This document shows positions 56,453 through 64,000 of a stretch of DNA of 64,000 nucleotides, piece after piece. Numbering within the stretch: the stretch's first letter is position 1; each line of letters opens with the position of its first letter. Below the pieces are notes generated by a model. That model had not been told where the DNA came from. It was given only the letters and a program-made list of their open reading frames with translations, and did not search any database. The stretch comes from Chloroflexota bacterium (GTDB taxonomy: Bacteria > Chloroflexota > UBA11872 > VXOZ01). The stretch covers positions 192,001-256,000 of the forward strand of contig CAXXVD010000002.1 in assembly GCA_963662335.2 (NCBI GenBank). The letters run 5' to 3'. Position numbers and translations under genes: made by a program.

Positions 56453-56605
56453 GGAGACCTTTGCATAATTCTGTCACTCCGGCGAAAGCCGGAGTCCAGA
56501 TGCCCTTTTGCAACTGTAAATGGCTTGACAACCGCTATTCTTGGCTGTAAGAGCGCCTCTGGATTCCGGCTTTCGCCGGAATGACGGAATTACGCAAAAG
56601 TCTCT
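56453..56605. mobile_element. IS5-derived MITE carrying an inverted family B pair, inserted in a family H REP
   Basis: Ends ggagacctttgcataa / ttacgcaaaagtctct; gct duplicated at 56450-56452 and 56606-56608. Confidence 0.8.
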
Positions 56606-56634
56606 GCTGGGAGAGAGTTAGGGTGAGGGCCGCC

Positions 56635-58629
56635 CTACGCCACGTCCGCCCAATACGCGCCCCGGAAGTCCAGCCAGCCGCCGCCGAACTCCCAGCGCAC
56701 CTTGTAGCTGATGGCGTCGTTGGTGAAGACCGAGCCGGCCGTCGGGTTGTCCTGCACCAGCAGTTCCGGCGTCTCCTGGCCGTTGATGAAGCCCACCTCC
56801 AGGCACTCGCTCTGGGCCGGATCCGCCATCAGGTAGTAGTCCTTGACGTCGGTGAACTGCGGCGCCACGAGCGGCTCCACCATGCCCTGGAGCGGATTGG
56901 CATCGTTGTTCTGGCTGCCGGGCAGCAGCGTGCTGTTGAGGATCGTCACCGCGGTCCAGTAGAGGTCCGGCGGCAGCAGCAGGTAGCGCGGCTTGAGGCC
57001 CAGGCGCTTGCCGGCGCTGTTGGTCTGCTTCATCATCGCCGTGATCGCGGCCTGGAGCGCCGCCGCCGAGAGCGCGGTCGTGCCGCGATTCTTGTGCGCG
57101 GTCTGGCTGCCGTCGTCGAAGACCTTCGTGTTGTCCGCCAAGCGCGGATTGCTCGTGAAGAGGCCGTAGACGAACTCGTTGATCGTCGTGGCCGCGGCAA
57201 TCGCCAGCTTGGTGGGAATGCGCCGCACCGCCTCCAGGTCGTCGTTCAGGATCGCCTCGCGGGTGACCACCACCAGGTTGCCGCGCTTGGCCGGCGTGTA
57301 CGTCTCGCGGGTGTCGTCCCAGGCCAGGTTCGTGTAGGCGGCGTTCTCGTTCACCGTGCCGAGCGCGGCGAAGTCGTGCAGCAGCACCCGGTACTGGGGC
57401 TTGTAGTCGCGGATGGCGCGGATCGCGCAGAACTTCTTCCAGTCCTGGGGCTGCGCGGCGTAGTCCTGCACCAGACGCTTGGTAATGGCGTTGGCCAGGG
57501 CGTGGTTGAGCACGCTGGTGGTGACCTCGTTGGCCTCGCGCACCAGCGAAAGCTCAGGATTCAGAGCGCCGCGCACCTCGGCGTCGCCCGTAATCTGCAC
57601 GTAGGCTTCGCGGATGCTCGACCAGGCGGGCGCCGGCGCGTCGCCGCCCATGTCCCGCACGCCCAGCAGGCGCGCCAGGCCGGCCGCGGCGGCGGCCAGG
57701 CCCCGGTCGGCGCCCGCCGTGCCCAGGCTCACGCGCGCCTTCTCCGCGCCCGCGCCGCGCACGCCGTTGCCGCCGCCGGCGAGCGCGCGCACGGTCTCCA
57801 CCTCGTCCTGAATGGCCTGTTCCAAGACCTCGGTCGTAAAGGTCTGCCCCGCGAAGCGGCGGCGCAACTTGCGCGTGATGGCGCGCGGCAAGGCGGCGGT
57901 TTCCAGCCGCTCGTTGAGCGCCGTCATGCACGCCAGTTTGGCCTCGGCCTCCGCCAGGCGCGTCTCGGTGTTGGCTGCGGTCGTGTCTCCCATCTGTACC
58001 TCCTCGGTATGGGATGAATCATGCGACTCCGCCCCGTCCTGGGGGCGGTCGTTCACGGTGTTGGCCTGTTCGTCTTGCTGCAAGGTATCCTCCTTGTGTG
58101 TGTCGGTACCCTCCGACGCCGGCAAGATCTGTTCGAACGCGCCGCCGGCCGCGGCCCGGGTGACCACGTCGCACGAGCGCAGCGCCGGAATGCTCTCCAC
58201 CACCTGGACGGTCGCGCCGTTCTGGCGCTGGGCGCGCACCGACGCCAGCGAGTCGATGGAGAGCCCCAGCACGTCGGGACGCCCCAAGTCGACGGCCTCT
58301 TGCACCAGGCTCCAGAGCCAGTCGGCGCTGGCGAAGATATGGAGCACGGCGCGCACACGGTCGCCTTCCAGCCGGGGTTCGCGGTAGAAGCCCACCACGT
58401 CGCGCACGCTGCGGGGCTTCTCGCTGCCCTCGGCCGCGGGCGCGGGATGGTCGGCAAAGGCGCGCAACCCGTCAAGCTGCGCCGCCACGTCCCGCAGCGC
58501 CTGGGGCGTGAAATAGCGGCCGTTGCGCGATAGCCCCTGCCGCAACACGGTCACGGCCACCTCCCGCCGGGGCGCGTCCAGTTGCGCCTCTTGCAACGGC
58601 ACGAGCAACGCGAGTTGTTCCGGTTTCAA
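56635..58629 (-). CDS. Prohead protease-scaffold-major capsid fusion (Mu gpT-like C-terminal domain)
   Basis: N-terminal GLSRNGRYF, ADHP, GLSID, SCDVVTRAAAGG protease-like motifs; C-terminal LGLKPRYLLLPPDL, YYLMADP, YKVRWEFGGGWLDFRG; TTG start after AAAGGAG. Confidence 0.85.
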   Translation of the reverse strand: MKPEQLALLVPLQEAQLDAPRREVAVTVLRQGLSRNGRYFTPQALRDVAAQLDGLRAFADHPAPAAEGSEKPRSVRDVVGFYREPRLEGDRVRAVLHIFASADWLWSLVQEAVDLGRPDVLGLSIDSLASVRAQRQNGATVQVVESIPALRSCDVVTRAAAGGAFEQILPASEGTDTHKEDTLQQDEQANTVNDRPQDGAESHDSSHTEEVQMGDTTAANTETRLAEAEAKLACMTALNERLETAALPRAITRKLRRRFAGQTFTTEVLEQAIQDEVETVRALAGGGNGVRGAGAEKARVSLGTAGADRGLAAAAAGLARLLGVRDMGGDAPAPAWSSIREAYVQITGDAEVRGALNPELSLVREANEVTTSVLNHALANAITKRLVQDYAAQPQDWKKFCAIRAIRDYKPQYRVLLHDFAALGTVNENAAYTNLAWDDTRETYTPAKRGNLVVVTREAILNDDLEAVRRIPTKLAIAAATTINEFVYGLFTSNPRLADNTKVFDDGSQTAHKNRGTTALSAAALQAAITAMMKQTNSAGKRLGLKPRYLLLPPDLYWTAVTILNSTLLPGSQNNDANPLQGMVEPLVAPQFTDVKDYYLMADPAQSECLEVGFINGQETPELLVQDNPTAGSVFTNDAISYKVRWEFGGGWLDFRGAYWADVA

Positions 58630-58680
58630 GGCGTCATTCTCCTTTCGCTGCTGTGAGTCGTACGTATTCATGCGGCCACT

Positions 58681-58689
58681 TGGTACAAT
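58681..58689 (+). promoter_or_regulatory. Extended -10 TGgTACAAT giving a leaderless transcript
   Basis: ATG 58697 lies 7 nt after the -10 box and has no SD. Confidence 0.55.
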
Positions 58690-58696
58690 AGCGACC

Positions 58697-59275
58697 ATGA
58701 ACGATAACCAATCTCCCGCCGCCGTTGCGCTCACCGTGGTCGTCGCGCCCTCCCAGGCCGGCGGCTACTGGGCGGAACTGCCGTCCCTGCCGGGCTGCGC
58801 GGCCCAGGGCGACACCGTTGACGCCGTGCTCACCGACCTCACCATGGCGGCGGAGATGTTCCTCTCGCAGGAAGCGCCGCCGGCCGATACGCTCGCGCTG
58901 CGCACGGTTGCCGCCGCAGTGGGCGACGCCGCGTACCGCCTGCCGGCCGTCACCTGGCGCGTGGGGCGGCGCGTCCACGCCGTCGCCATTCCCGTCCACG
59001 ACCGCGTGGCGCGCGGCGAAACCGAGGAAGAGGCCCTGGCGCAACTGCAACGGCTGCTGCCCGCCTGGATAAGCGCCGACCTGAGCGAGGGCGAGACCGT
59101 GCCGGTGGTCGGGGTGGCCGATACCGCCGCCATCCACCCCCGCGTCGGCCAGGCCACCGGCGCGCCCTTGTCCCAAAACGAGGCCCTCAAGCCCGAAGTC
59201 GTCCTGGTGCTGCTCCGCGCCGCCGGCATGACCAAAGAGCAACTGAGCGAGATGCTGGACTACGATCCGGATTAG
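58697..59275 (+). CDS. HicB-like protein (two HicB-like domains plus a degenerate HicA-like tail)
   Basis: GGYWAELPSLPGCAAQGDTVDAVL; second unit ARGETEEEALAQL; tail HP...LKPEVVLVLLRAAGMTKEQL. Confidence 0.7.
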   Translation: MNDNQSPAAVALTVVVAPSQAGGYWAELPSLPGCAAQGDTVDAVLTDLTMAAEMFLSQEAPPADTLALRTVAAAVGDAAYRLPAVTWRVGRRVHAVAIPVHDRVARGETEEEALAQLQRLLPAWISADLSEGETVPVVGVADTAAIHPRVGQATGAPLSQNEALKPEVVLVLLRAAGMTKEQLSEMLDYDPD

Positions 59276-59361
59276 CCTCATCTTCCTCCCAAATGCCCCC
59301 TTTCCCTCGAGGAAGAGGGCCGGGGTGAGGGTGTCTCCGGCCAGCCGTTCACACACCATCC

Positions 59362-60648
59362 TCACTCCTCCTCAGCCAGAAACCGCCGGAAGAGCCGCGC
59401 CGCGTCCTCCGTTTCCAGCCAGCCCTCGCCCTGCGCCAGTTGCAGCGAGCGCGCGAACGACTCGGCGTGCGGCCCGGCCACCTGCGCCACGTCCGGCTGG
59501 AGTTCCTGGAAGACCACGCGAAACGCCGTATCGACGTCCGCCGCCAGCGCGCCGGCCTCCTGTTTGGCCTGGATTGCCCGCGCCACGAGACGGCGCAGGT
59601 AGCGGCCAAAGAGTTCCTGGCGGCGTTGGAAGCGCCGCAGCGTGGGCAGGCCCATCTCGGCCGCGGTGGCCCGGTTCACGTGCCCGCCTTCCGCGAGATA
59701 GTGCTCCGGCAGGCCCGCGCCGGCCGCGATCATCAGCTTGAGCGCGCGGCCGTCGGCGGCCACGTCGTCGGCGCCAATCGCGGGCTGCACCGGCTGCCAG
59801 GTTTCCGCTTCGTTGTGGAAGACCACCGTGCCGGGGGCGGGCGGGTGGGCGTAGGCGGCCATCTTGGCCAGCAGGTCGTTGCGCGTCGCGCCGCGCACGG
59901 TCACGTCGTAGATGAAACTGCCTTTGAGCCGGTTGATGCGGGCGCGGTCGACGAGCCAGTCCCGGTACCGCTTGAGCCAGGGCAGCAGGGGCGCCAGGTC
60001 GCTGCGGCCCCGCAGGGCGTTGGAGACGCGGTTGATGGTGAAGTGCTCCATCTCCCCGGCGGCCACCCAGTAGCCGGGGTCCGCGCCCACGCCGCGCACC
60101 CGGTAGCGCAGCGCGCGCTCGACGTCTTCCGGCGCGGTCTCGATCTGCTCGATGAGGAGCGGATCAAGCTGCCGCAGGCGGATTTCGCCGGCAAGCGGGT
60201 CGGTGAAAACCCGCACGAACTGCTCGCCGTAGAGGGCAAGCTCGGTGTAGAGGCTGTAGACGCGGGTGTCCATGCTGTTGTCGAGATGCCGCCAGAAGGC
60301 GTCCACCGCTTCCTGCGCCGCCGGGCTGGCGCACGCGATGCGCACGCCGCCGCCCAGCACGAAATTGGCCTGGACGTCGATGACGGCGTAGGCCAACGGA
60401 TTGGTGACGTAGGCCTCGTAGACCTCGCGCAGCAACCGCTGATGGTCCCAAAGGGGATCGTCCCGCGTCTCCGCCGCGCCGGCGGCCTGGCGGTAGCCGA
60501 TGTCCTCAGCCGCTACCGCCTCCTGCACCCGCGCCTGGATCACGTCGCCAAAGAGCCGCTCGCCCACGCGCCGCCACCACTGTCTCGTCTGTATTGCCAT
60601 CGCGCTCGCTTTCTGCTCTTCTGCACTTTTCTGTTCTTTGTCCGGCAT
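59362..60648 (-). CDS. Phage portal protein
   Basis: Directly after the terminase; YVTNPLAYAVI, ELALYGEQF, GRSDLAP, AGAGLPEHYL...NRATA motifs; ATG 60648 after aggag. Confidence 0.82.
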   Translation of the reverse strand: MPDKEQKSAEEQKASAMAIQTRQWWRRVGERLFGDVIQARVQEAVAAEDIGYRQAAGAAETRDDPLWDHQRLLREVYEAYVTNPLAYAVIDVQANFVLGGGVRIACASPAAQEAVDAFWRHLDNSMDTRVYSLYTELALYGEQFVRVFTDPLAGEIRLRQLDPLLIEQIETAPEDVERALRYRVRGVGADPGYWVAAGEMEHFTINRVSNALRGRSDLAPLLPWLKRYRDWLVDRARINRLKGSFIYDVTVRGATRNDLLAKMAAYAHPPAPGTVVFHNEAETWQPVQPAIGADDVAADGRALKLMIAAGAGLPEHYLAEGGHVNRATAAEMGLPTLRRFQRRQELFGRYLRRLVARAIQAKQEAGALAADVDTAFRVVFQELQPDVAQVAGPHAESFARSLQLAQGEGWLETEDAARLFRRFLAEEE

Positions 60649-60723
60649 TCCGCTAACTCCTACATTCCCTCTATGTGCTGCCTTTCCTCGACGACCTGAA
60701 TTCCCTCGATGTGCTCCATCTTC

Positions 60724-61224
60724 GTTCGCCCTGAGCGTGTCAAAGGCGTCCGCCGCCGTCATTCCCGCGCCCGCACTCCGTCATTCCCGCGCCCGCACTA
60801 CGTCATTCCCGCGAAAGCGGGAATCCATCTTCTCCGCCGGCGCCGCCGCCGCGCCTGCGGGGGGACAAGCCCCCGCGCTACGTGTCAGCCGCCTTGCCGG
60901 TTTGTCCTTCCTTGCCGTTCGCCCTGAGCGTGTCGAAGGGCGTCCGCCGCCGTCATTCCCGCGCCCGCACCCCGTCATTCCCGCGAAAGCGGGAATCCAT
61001 CTTCTCCGCCGGCGCCGCCGCCGCGCCTGCGGGGGGACAAGCCCCCGCGCTACGTGTCAGCCGCCTTGCCGGTTTGTCCTTCCTTGCCGTTCGCCCTGAG
61101 CGTGTCGAAGGGCGTCCGCCGCCGTCATTCCCGCGCCCGCACTACGTCATTCCCGCGAAAGCGGGAATCCATCTTCTCCGCCGCCGCCGCCGCCGCGCCT
61201 GCGAGGGGCAAGCCCCCGCGCTAC
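60724..61224. repeat. Three tandem composite REP units (E+B+C, ~170-190 bp each)
   Basis: Units start at 60724, 60917 and 61089. Confidence 0.88.
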
Positions 61225-61248
61225 GGCTCAGCCGCCTCTTCGCCGGTA

Positions 61249-62799
61249 TCAATAGCCTTCCGTCCGCGCTTCTTGCGGCGGCAGCGCCACCGACGCGGCC
61301 GGCGGCGCGCCGCCTTCCACCGCGCGCGTCAGCAGGGCCAGGGCCGACACGTAATCGTCGTGGCCTTGGCCGCTGGGCACGTGGAAGCCGATGCGCTGGC
61401 CGGCATGCAGCGTCAAGCGGCACCTGCGCGCTTGGCGCCGGCACTCCCGGTGTTCCGGCGAGCCGTCGTCGGCCCACAGTTGCAGGCGGCCGCCGCCCAC
61501 CAGACTGCGCAGGTCGTAGCCCAGGGCGCTCTTGGACTGCGCCGTGAACGTAAACGGCTCCACCCGCTCAGCCCCCAGGCGCGCCCGCAGGAAGCGGGCC
61601 AGCGCGTCGCCGATGCCGGTGGCGTCGATGATTGCCCGCTGCGCGCGCCATTCCTCGCCCAGCAGGCGCGCCAGGCGGGCGTACTGCTCGGTGGTAGGCA
61701 GGCCGGTCCACTGGTAGGCGTTCACCACCTGCACCGCGGGCAGGGCGAACCCCAATACCGGGTCGTGCCGCCAGACCCGCTCGCCAATCAAGACCACCGT
61801 GCTGTCGCGCCGCGTATTGCCGCTCGTTTCGCCAAGAGCGGTTTCCTCACCGGCCACGTCCACCGCCGCCACGTAGTGCGCGTCGGCCTGCGGTTCCCGT
61901 TGCCGTTCGTGCGCGCCTTGCAGCGCCGCTTGCAGTTCCGGCGTGAAGAAGCCGGTGGCGTCGTCCACCTCTTCCAGGCAGTACTGGGTGCGGATGACCA
62001 GGTCGTTCGCGCCGCGCTGGCGGATCTGCGCCCGCACCGCCGCGCCGTAACGCGGGTTCTCCCGCGCCCCCACCTGCCAGGGAAAGGAAAAATGCCGCCG
62101 CTCGCCGGTCTCCTTTTCTCCTGCGAGGTTTATTGCTTTGTATTGAGCGAGGAGCGTATCGTTCGTCCACGGCGTGCCGTAGAGCACGATCGTCGCGTTC
62201 TGCGCCGCAGCCATGGGCAGGAACTCCTTGGCGAACTTCTCCGCGTCCACGTCCTGGGCTTCGTCCACTTCCAGCAGCAGGTCGGCGGTGGCGCCGACCA
62301 CGTTGGCCTGCTCGTGGGCCGAGAGAAACAGCGCCCGCGCCTTGCCAACGGCAATCATGTTGCCGGGGACGCGCCGCCAGTGGGGCGCCAGCCAGGGACG
62401 TTCCAGCGCCTCTTCCAGACGCAGGCGCGAGATGAGGGTCTGCGGCGTGAGCGTGGGCGCGCACTTGACGACCGTGCCGCCGCGCCGTTGATGGCGGTAG
62501 AGCAGGTAGGCTTCCAGATGGGCCGAAAGCTCGTTCTTGCCCATCTGCCGGGCCATCTCCACGGTGAAGATCTTGCCCTCCCGCCGCCGCACGCTGGCCA
62601 GCACCGCCCGCGCTACCGTTAATTGGTAAGAACGCAGCGGCCGTCCCACGAGCGCGCGCGAAAAGTGGGCGATGTCGGTGAGGGTGTGGCGGAAGAAGGC
62701 GCGCGCCAGCGCGTTGCCGTCGTTGCCGCCCGCCGTTGACGGCGGCGGCGCGGCGTCCTTCCTAAACCGGTTTTCTCTGTCGGCTAGATTAGTCTGCAC
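61249..62799 (-). CDS. Terminase large subunit
   Basis: LRSYQ, Walker A ARQMGKNE, Walker B LEVDEAQD, GTP coupling motif, nuclease VDVAGE / IDATGIG / HDDYVSA; GTG 62799 after aggaag. Confidence 0.9.
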   Translation of the reverse strand: MQTNLADRENRFRKDAAPPPSTAGGNDGNALARAFFRHTLTDIAHFSRALVGRPLRSYQLTVARAVLASVRRREGKIFTVEMARQMGKNELSAHLEAYLLYRHQRRGGTVVKCAPTLTPQTLISRLRLEEALERPWLAPHWRRVPGNMIAVGKARALFLSAHEQANVVGATADLLLEVDEAQDVDAEKFAKEFLPMAAAQNATIVLYGTPWTNDTLLAQYKAINLAGEKETGERRHFSFPWQVGARENPRYGAAVRAQIRQRGANDLVIRTQYCLEEVDDATGFFTPELQAALQGAHERQREPQADAHYVAAVDVAGEETALGETSGNTRRDSTVVLIGERVWRHDPVLGFALPAVQVVNAYQWTGLPTTEQYARLARLLGEEWRAQRAIIDATGIGDALARFLRARLGAERVEPFTFTAQSKSALGYDLRSLVGGGRLQLWADDGSPEHRECRRQARRCRLTLHAGQRIGFHVPSGQGHDDYVSALALLTRAVEGGAPPAASVALPPQEARTEGY

Positions 62800-62901
62800 A
62801 AGTCTCTTCCTGAGCGGTTTTCCCGCGTGGACTTTCTCGCCCTCTCCGGCCGGCGGGTGACAAGCCCCCGCGCCACGTTCCGCTAATCCCGCTCTACGCT
62901 C

Positions 62902-63403
62902 CGCCAGTCCGGTAGCGCAGGTTTGCAACCTGCGTCCCCGGTCAGCGGGTGACAAGCCCCCGCGCAACCGCATTGGCTCTTTCTGTCATTCCGAGCGCAG
63001 CGAGGAATCTAGAGTCCATGCGGAGCGCGGTCCAATTGATCGAGAATCCTAGATTCCTCACTGCGCTGCGCTCCGTTCGGAATGACATGCGTGTGCAGAC
63101 CATCGGCCCGGCTACCAAGGCCGGGCGCTCCATTTGGAATGACATGCACAAGAGGCAAACAGGGCGCTGTGCTTCCATGTTCCTTCCATAGAGTCGGACA
63201 AGCCCCCGCGCTAGGTTTCGCCAGTCCGGTAGCGCAGGTTTGCAACCTGCGTCCCCGGTCGGCGGGTGACAAGCCCCCGCGCAACCGCATTGGCTCTTTC
63301 TGTCATTCCGAGCGCAGCGAGGAATCTAGAGTCCATGCGGCGCGCGGTCCAATTGATCGAGAATCCTAGATTCCTCACTGCGCTGCACTCCGTTCGGAAT
63401 GAC
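62902..63403. repeat. Direct duplication of a 185-bp composite REP unit (F+C+A)
   Basis: 62902-63086 and 63219-63403 are nearly identical. Confidence 0.88.
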
Positions 63404-63435
63404 AAAGCGCGCGCAATGCGGAACGGCCATTCCGG

Positions 63436-63687
63436 TTACTGCCCTGGCGCGAAGCGCAGAATGCCGTTCAGCAGCGCCGCGGCAAACGGCGAAGCGAAGA
63501 TGCCGATCAGAATCACGTTGATCTTCGCTTCCAGCCGGGCGTAGTCCTCCCGCGTGTTCTCCGCCAATTCGCGCGTCACTTGACCGTACGCGCAGCCGTG
63601 TTGCGCCAGGCGGTCGGCCAACTCGTGGCAGCGCGCGGCGTGTTGCGGCGGCGTATGGGTGTTCGGTTCATTCAGTGTGGTCGGCAT
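63436..63687 (-). CDS. Small coiled-coil plus single-TM protein (XhlA/holin-like architecture)
   Basis: 83 aa; REDYARLEAKINVILIGIFASPFAAALL; overlaps the upstream gene end. Confidence 0.6.
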   Translation of the reverse strand: MPTTLNEPNTHTPPQHAARCHELADRLAQHGCAYGQVTRELAENTREDYARLEAKINVILIGIFASPFAAALLNGILRFAPGQ

Positions 63688-64000
63688 GGTGTGCCTGCTC
63701 TTCCTGTTGTTCCAGCGCTTCGATTTCGGCAACGACCTGGCGCATCGCCTCGGTCAGGTTGTCCTCGGCCCGGGGCGAGAGTTGGGCGCGCGCTTTCAGG
63801 GCGTCCAGCAGAATGCCCGTCAGTTCCTTCACCGCCTTGATTTTGTCCGCCGGCGCGCGCTCGTCGTCTTCGGCAGCGAGCAGTTGGGCCGCGATGCGGC
63901 GCAGGAGCATGCGCAGCAGGCCGATCTCGTCCTGGAGCAGCGGATTGTCGGCCGTGCGCGCCAGCGCCGCCAACTCCTGCTCGGTGAAGAGGTCGGCGTA
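63668..64000 (-). CDS. Probable terminase small subunit-like helical protein (5' truncated)
   Basis: Frame is open to the window edge (YADLFTEQEL...LQDEIGLLRMLLRRI); lies upstream of TerL. Confidence 0.55.
   Translation of the reverse strand, partial: YADLFTEQELAALARTADNPLLQDEIGLLRMLLRRIAAQLLAAEDDERAPADKIKAVKELTGILLDALKARAQLSPRAEDNLTEAMRQVVAEIEALEQQEEQAHHADHTE

Larger units (their letters stand above)
51300..64000 (-). other. Phage-derived virion morphogenesis cluster (candidate gene transfer agent or domesticated prophage), truncated at the window edge
   Basis: Co-oriented terminase, portal, protease/capsid, adaptor and tail-type genes; no integrase or replication genes in view. Confidence 0.75.

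Noticed and set aside
56635-58629. Encapsulin or contractile injection system
   Set aside because: Terminase and portal imply DNA packaging; no sheath or cargo enzyme is seen.
60724-61224. CRISPR or coding region
   Set aside because: Whole units are duplicated with no unique spacers; the ORFs are repeat translations.
62800-62973. N-terminal extension of the terminase (likewise portal 60649-60762)
   Set aside because: The extension runs through REP sequence; downstream SD-backed starts are preferred.

Overview
High-GC bacterial chromosomal window, probably Chloroflexota (inferred from RpoB/RpoC style, including a long acidic beta-prime insertion, and from gene content; no search was run). 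Positions 1-51 kb are mostly housekeeping and transport genes: rqcH-like NFACT, a znuACB-type operon, three Tat-lipoprotein solute-binding proteins, rpsO, secA, rpoBC, dtd, pdhABC-lpdA, tsaC, proA and dcd. This part also holds a small defence island (CfrBI-like restriction-modification pair, SNF2-Mrr fusion), an IS5-family element with derived MITEs, and at least eight families of short palindromic REP-like repeats. The last ~12.7 kb (51.3-64 kb, minus strand, open at the right edge) is a compact virion-morphogenesis cluster: probable small terminase, small membrane protein, large terminase, portal, protease-scaffold-Mu gpT-type capsid fusion, adaptor, two paralogous tail-type proteins, a propeller/baseplate-hub protein and a small OB-fold protein. 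Its ORFs are intact and host-like in composition. No integrase, replication, tape-measure or sheath gene is visible, and most of its intergenic gaps are filled with host REP repeats and a MITE. This is the best candidate for an undescribed system: a domesticated gene-transfer-agent-like particle locus. Other notable items are an antisense HicB-HicB-HicA-like fusion between portal and capsid, internal starts in the capsid gene, a promoter-backed ~134-nt hairpin sRNA upstream of secA, and a REP translated in frame inside the SNF2-Mrr gene.
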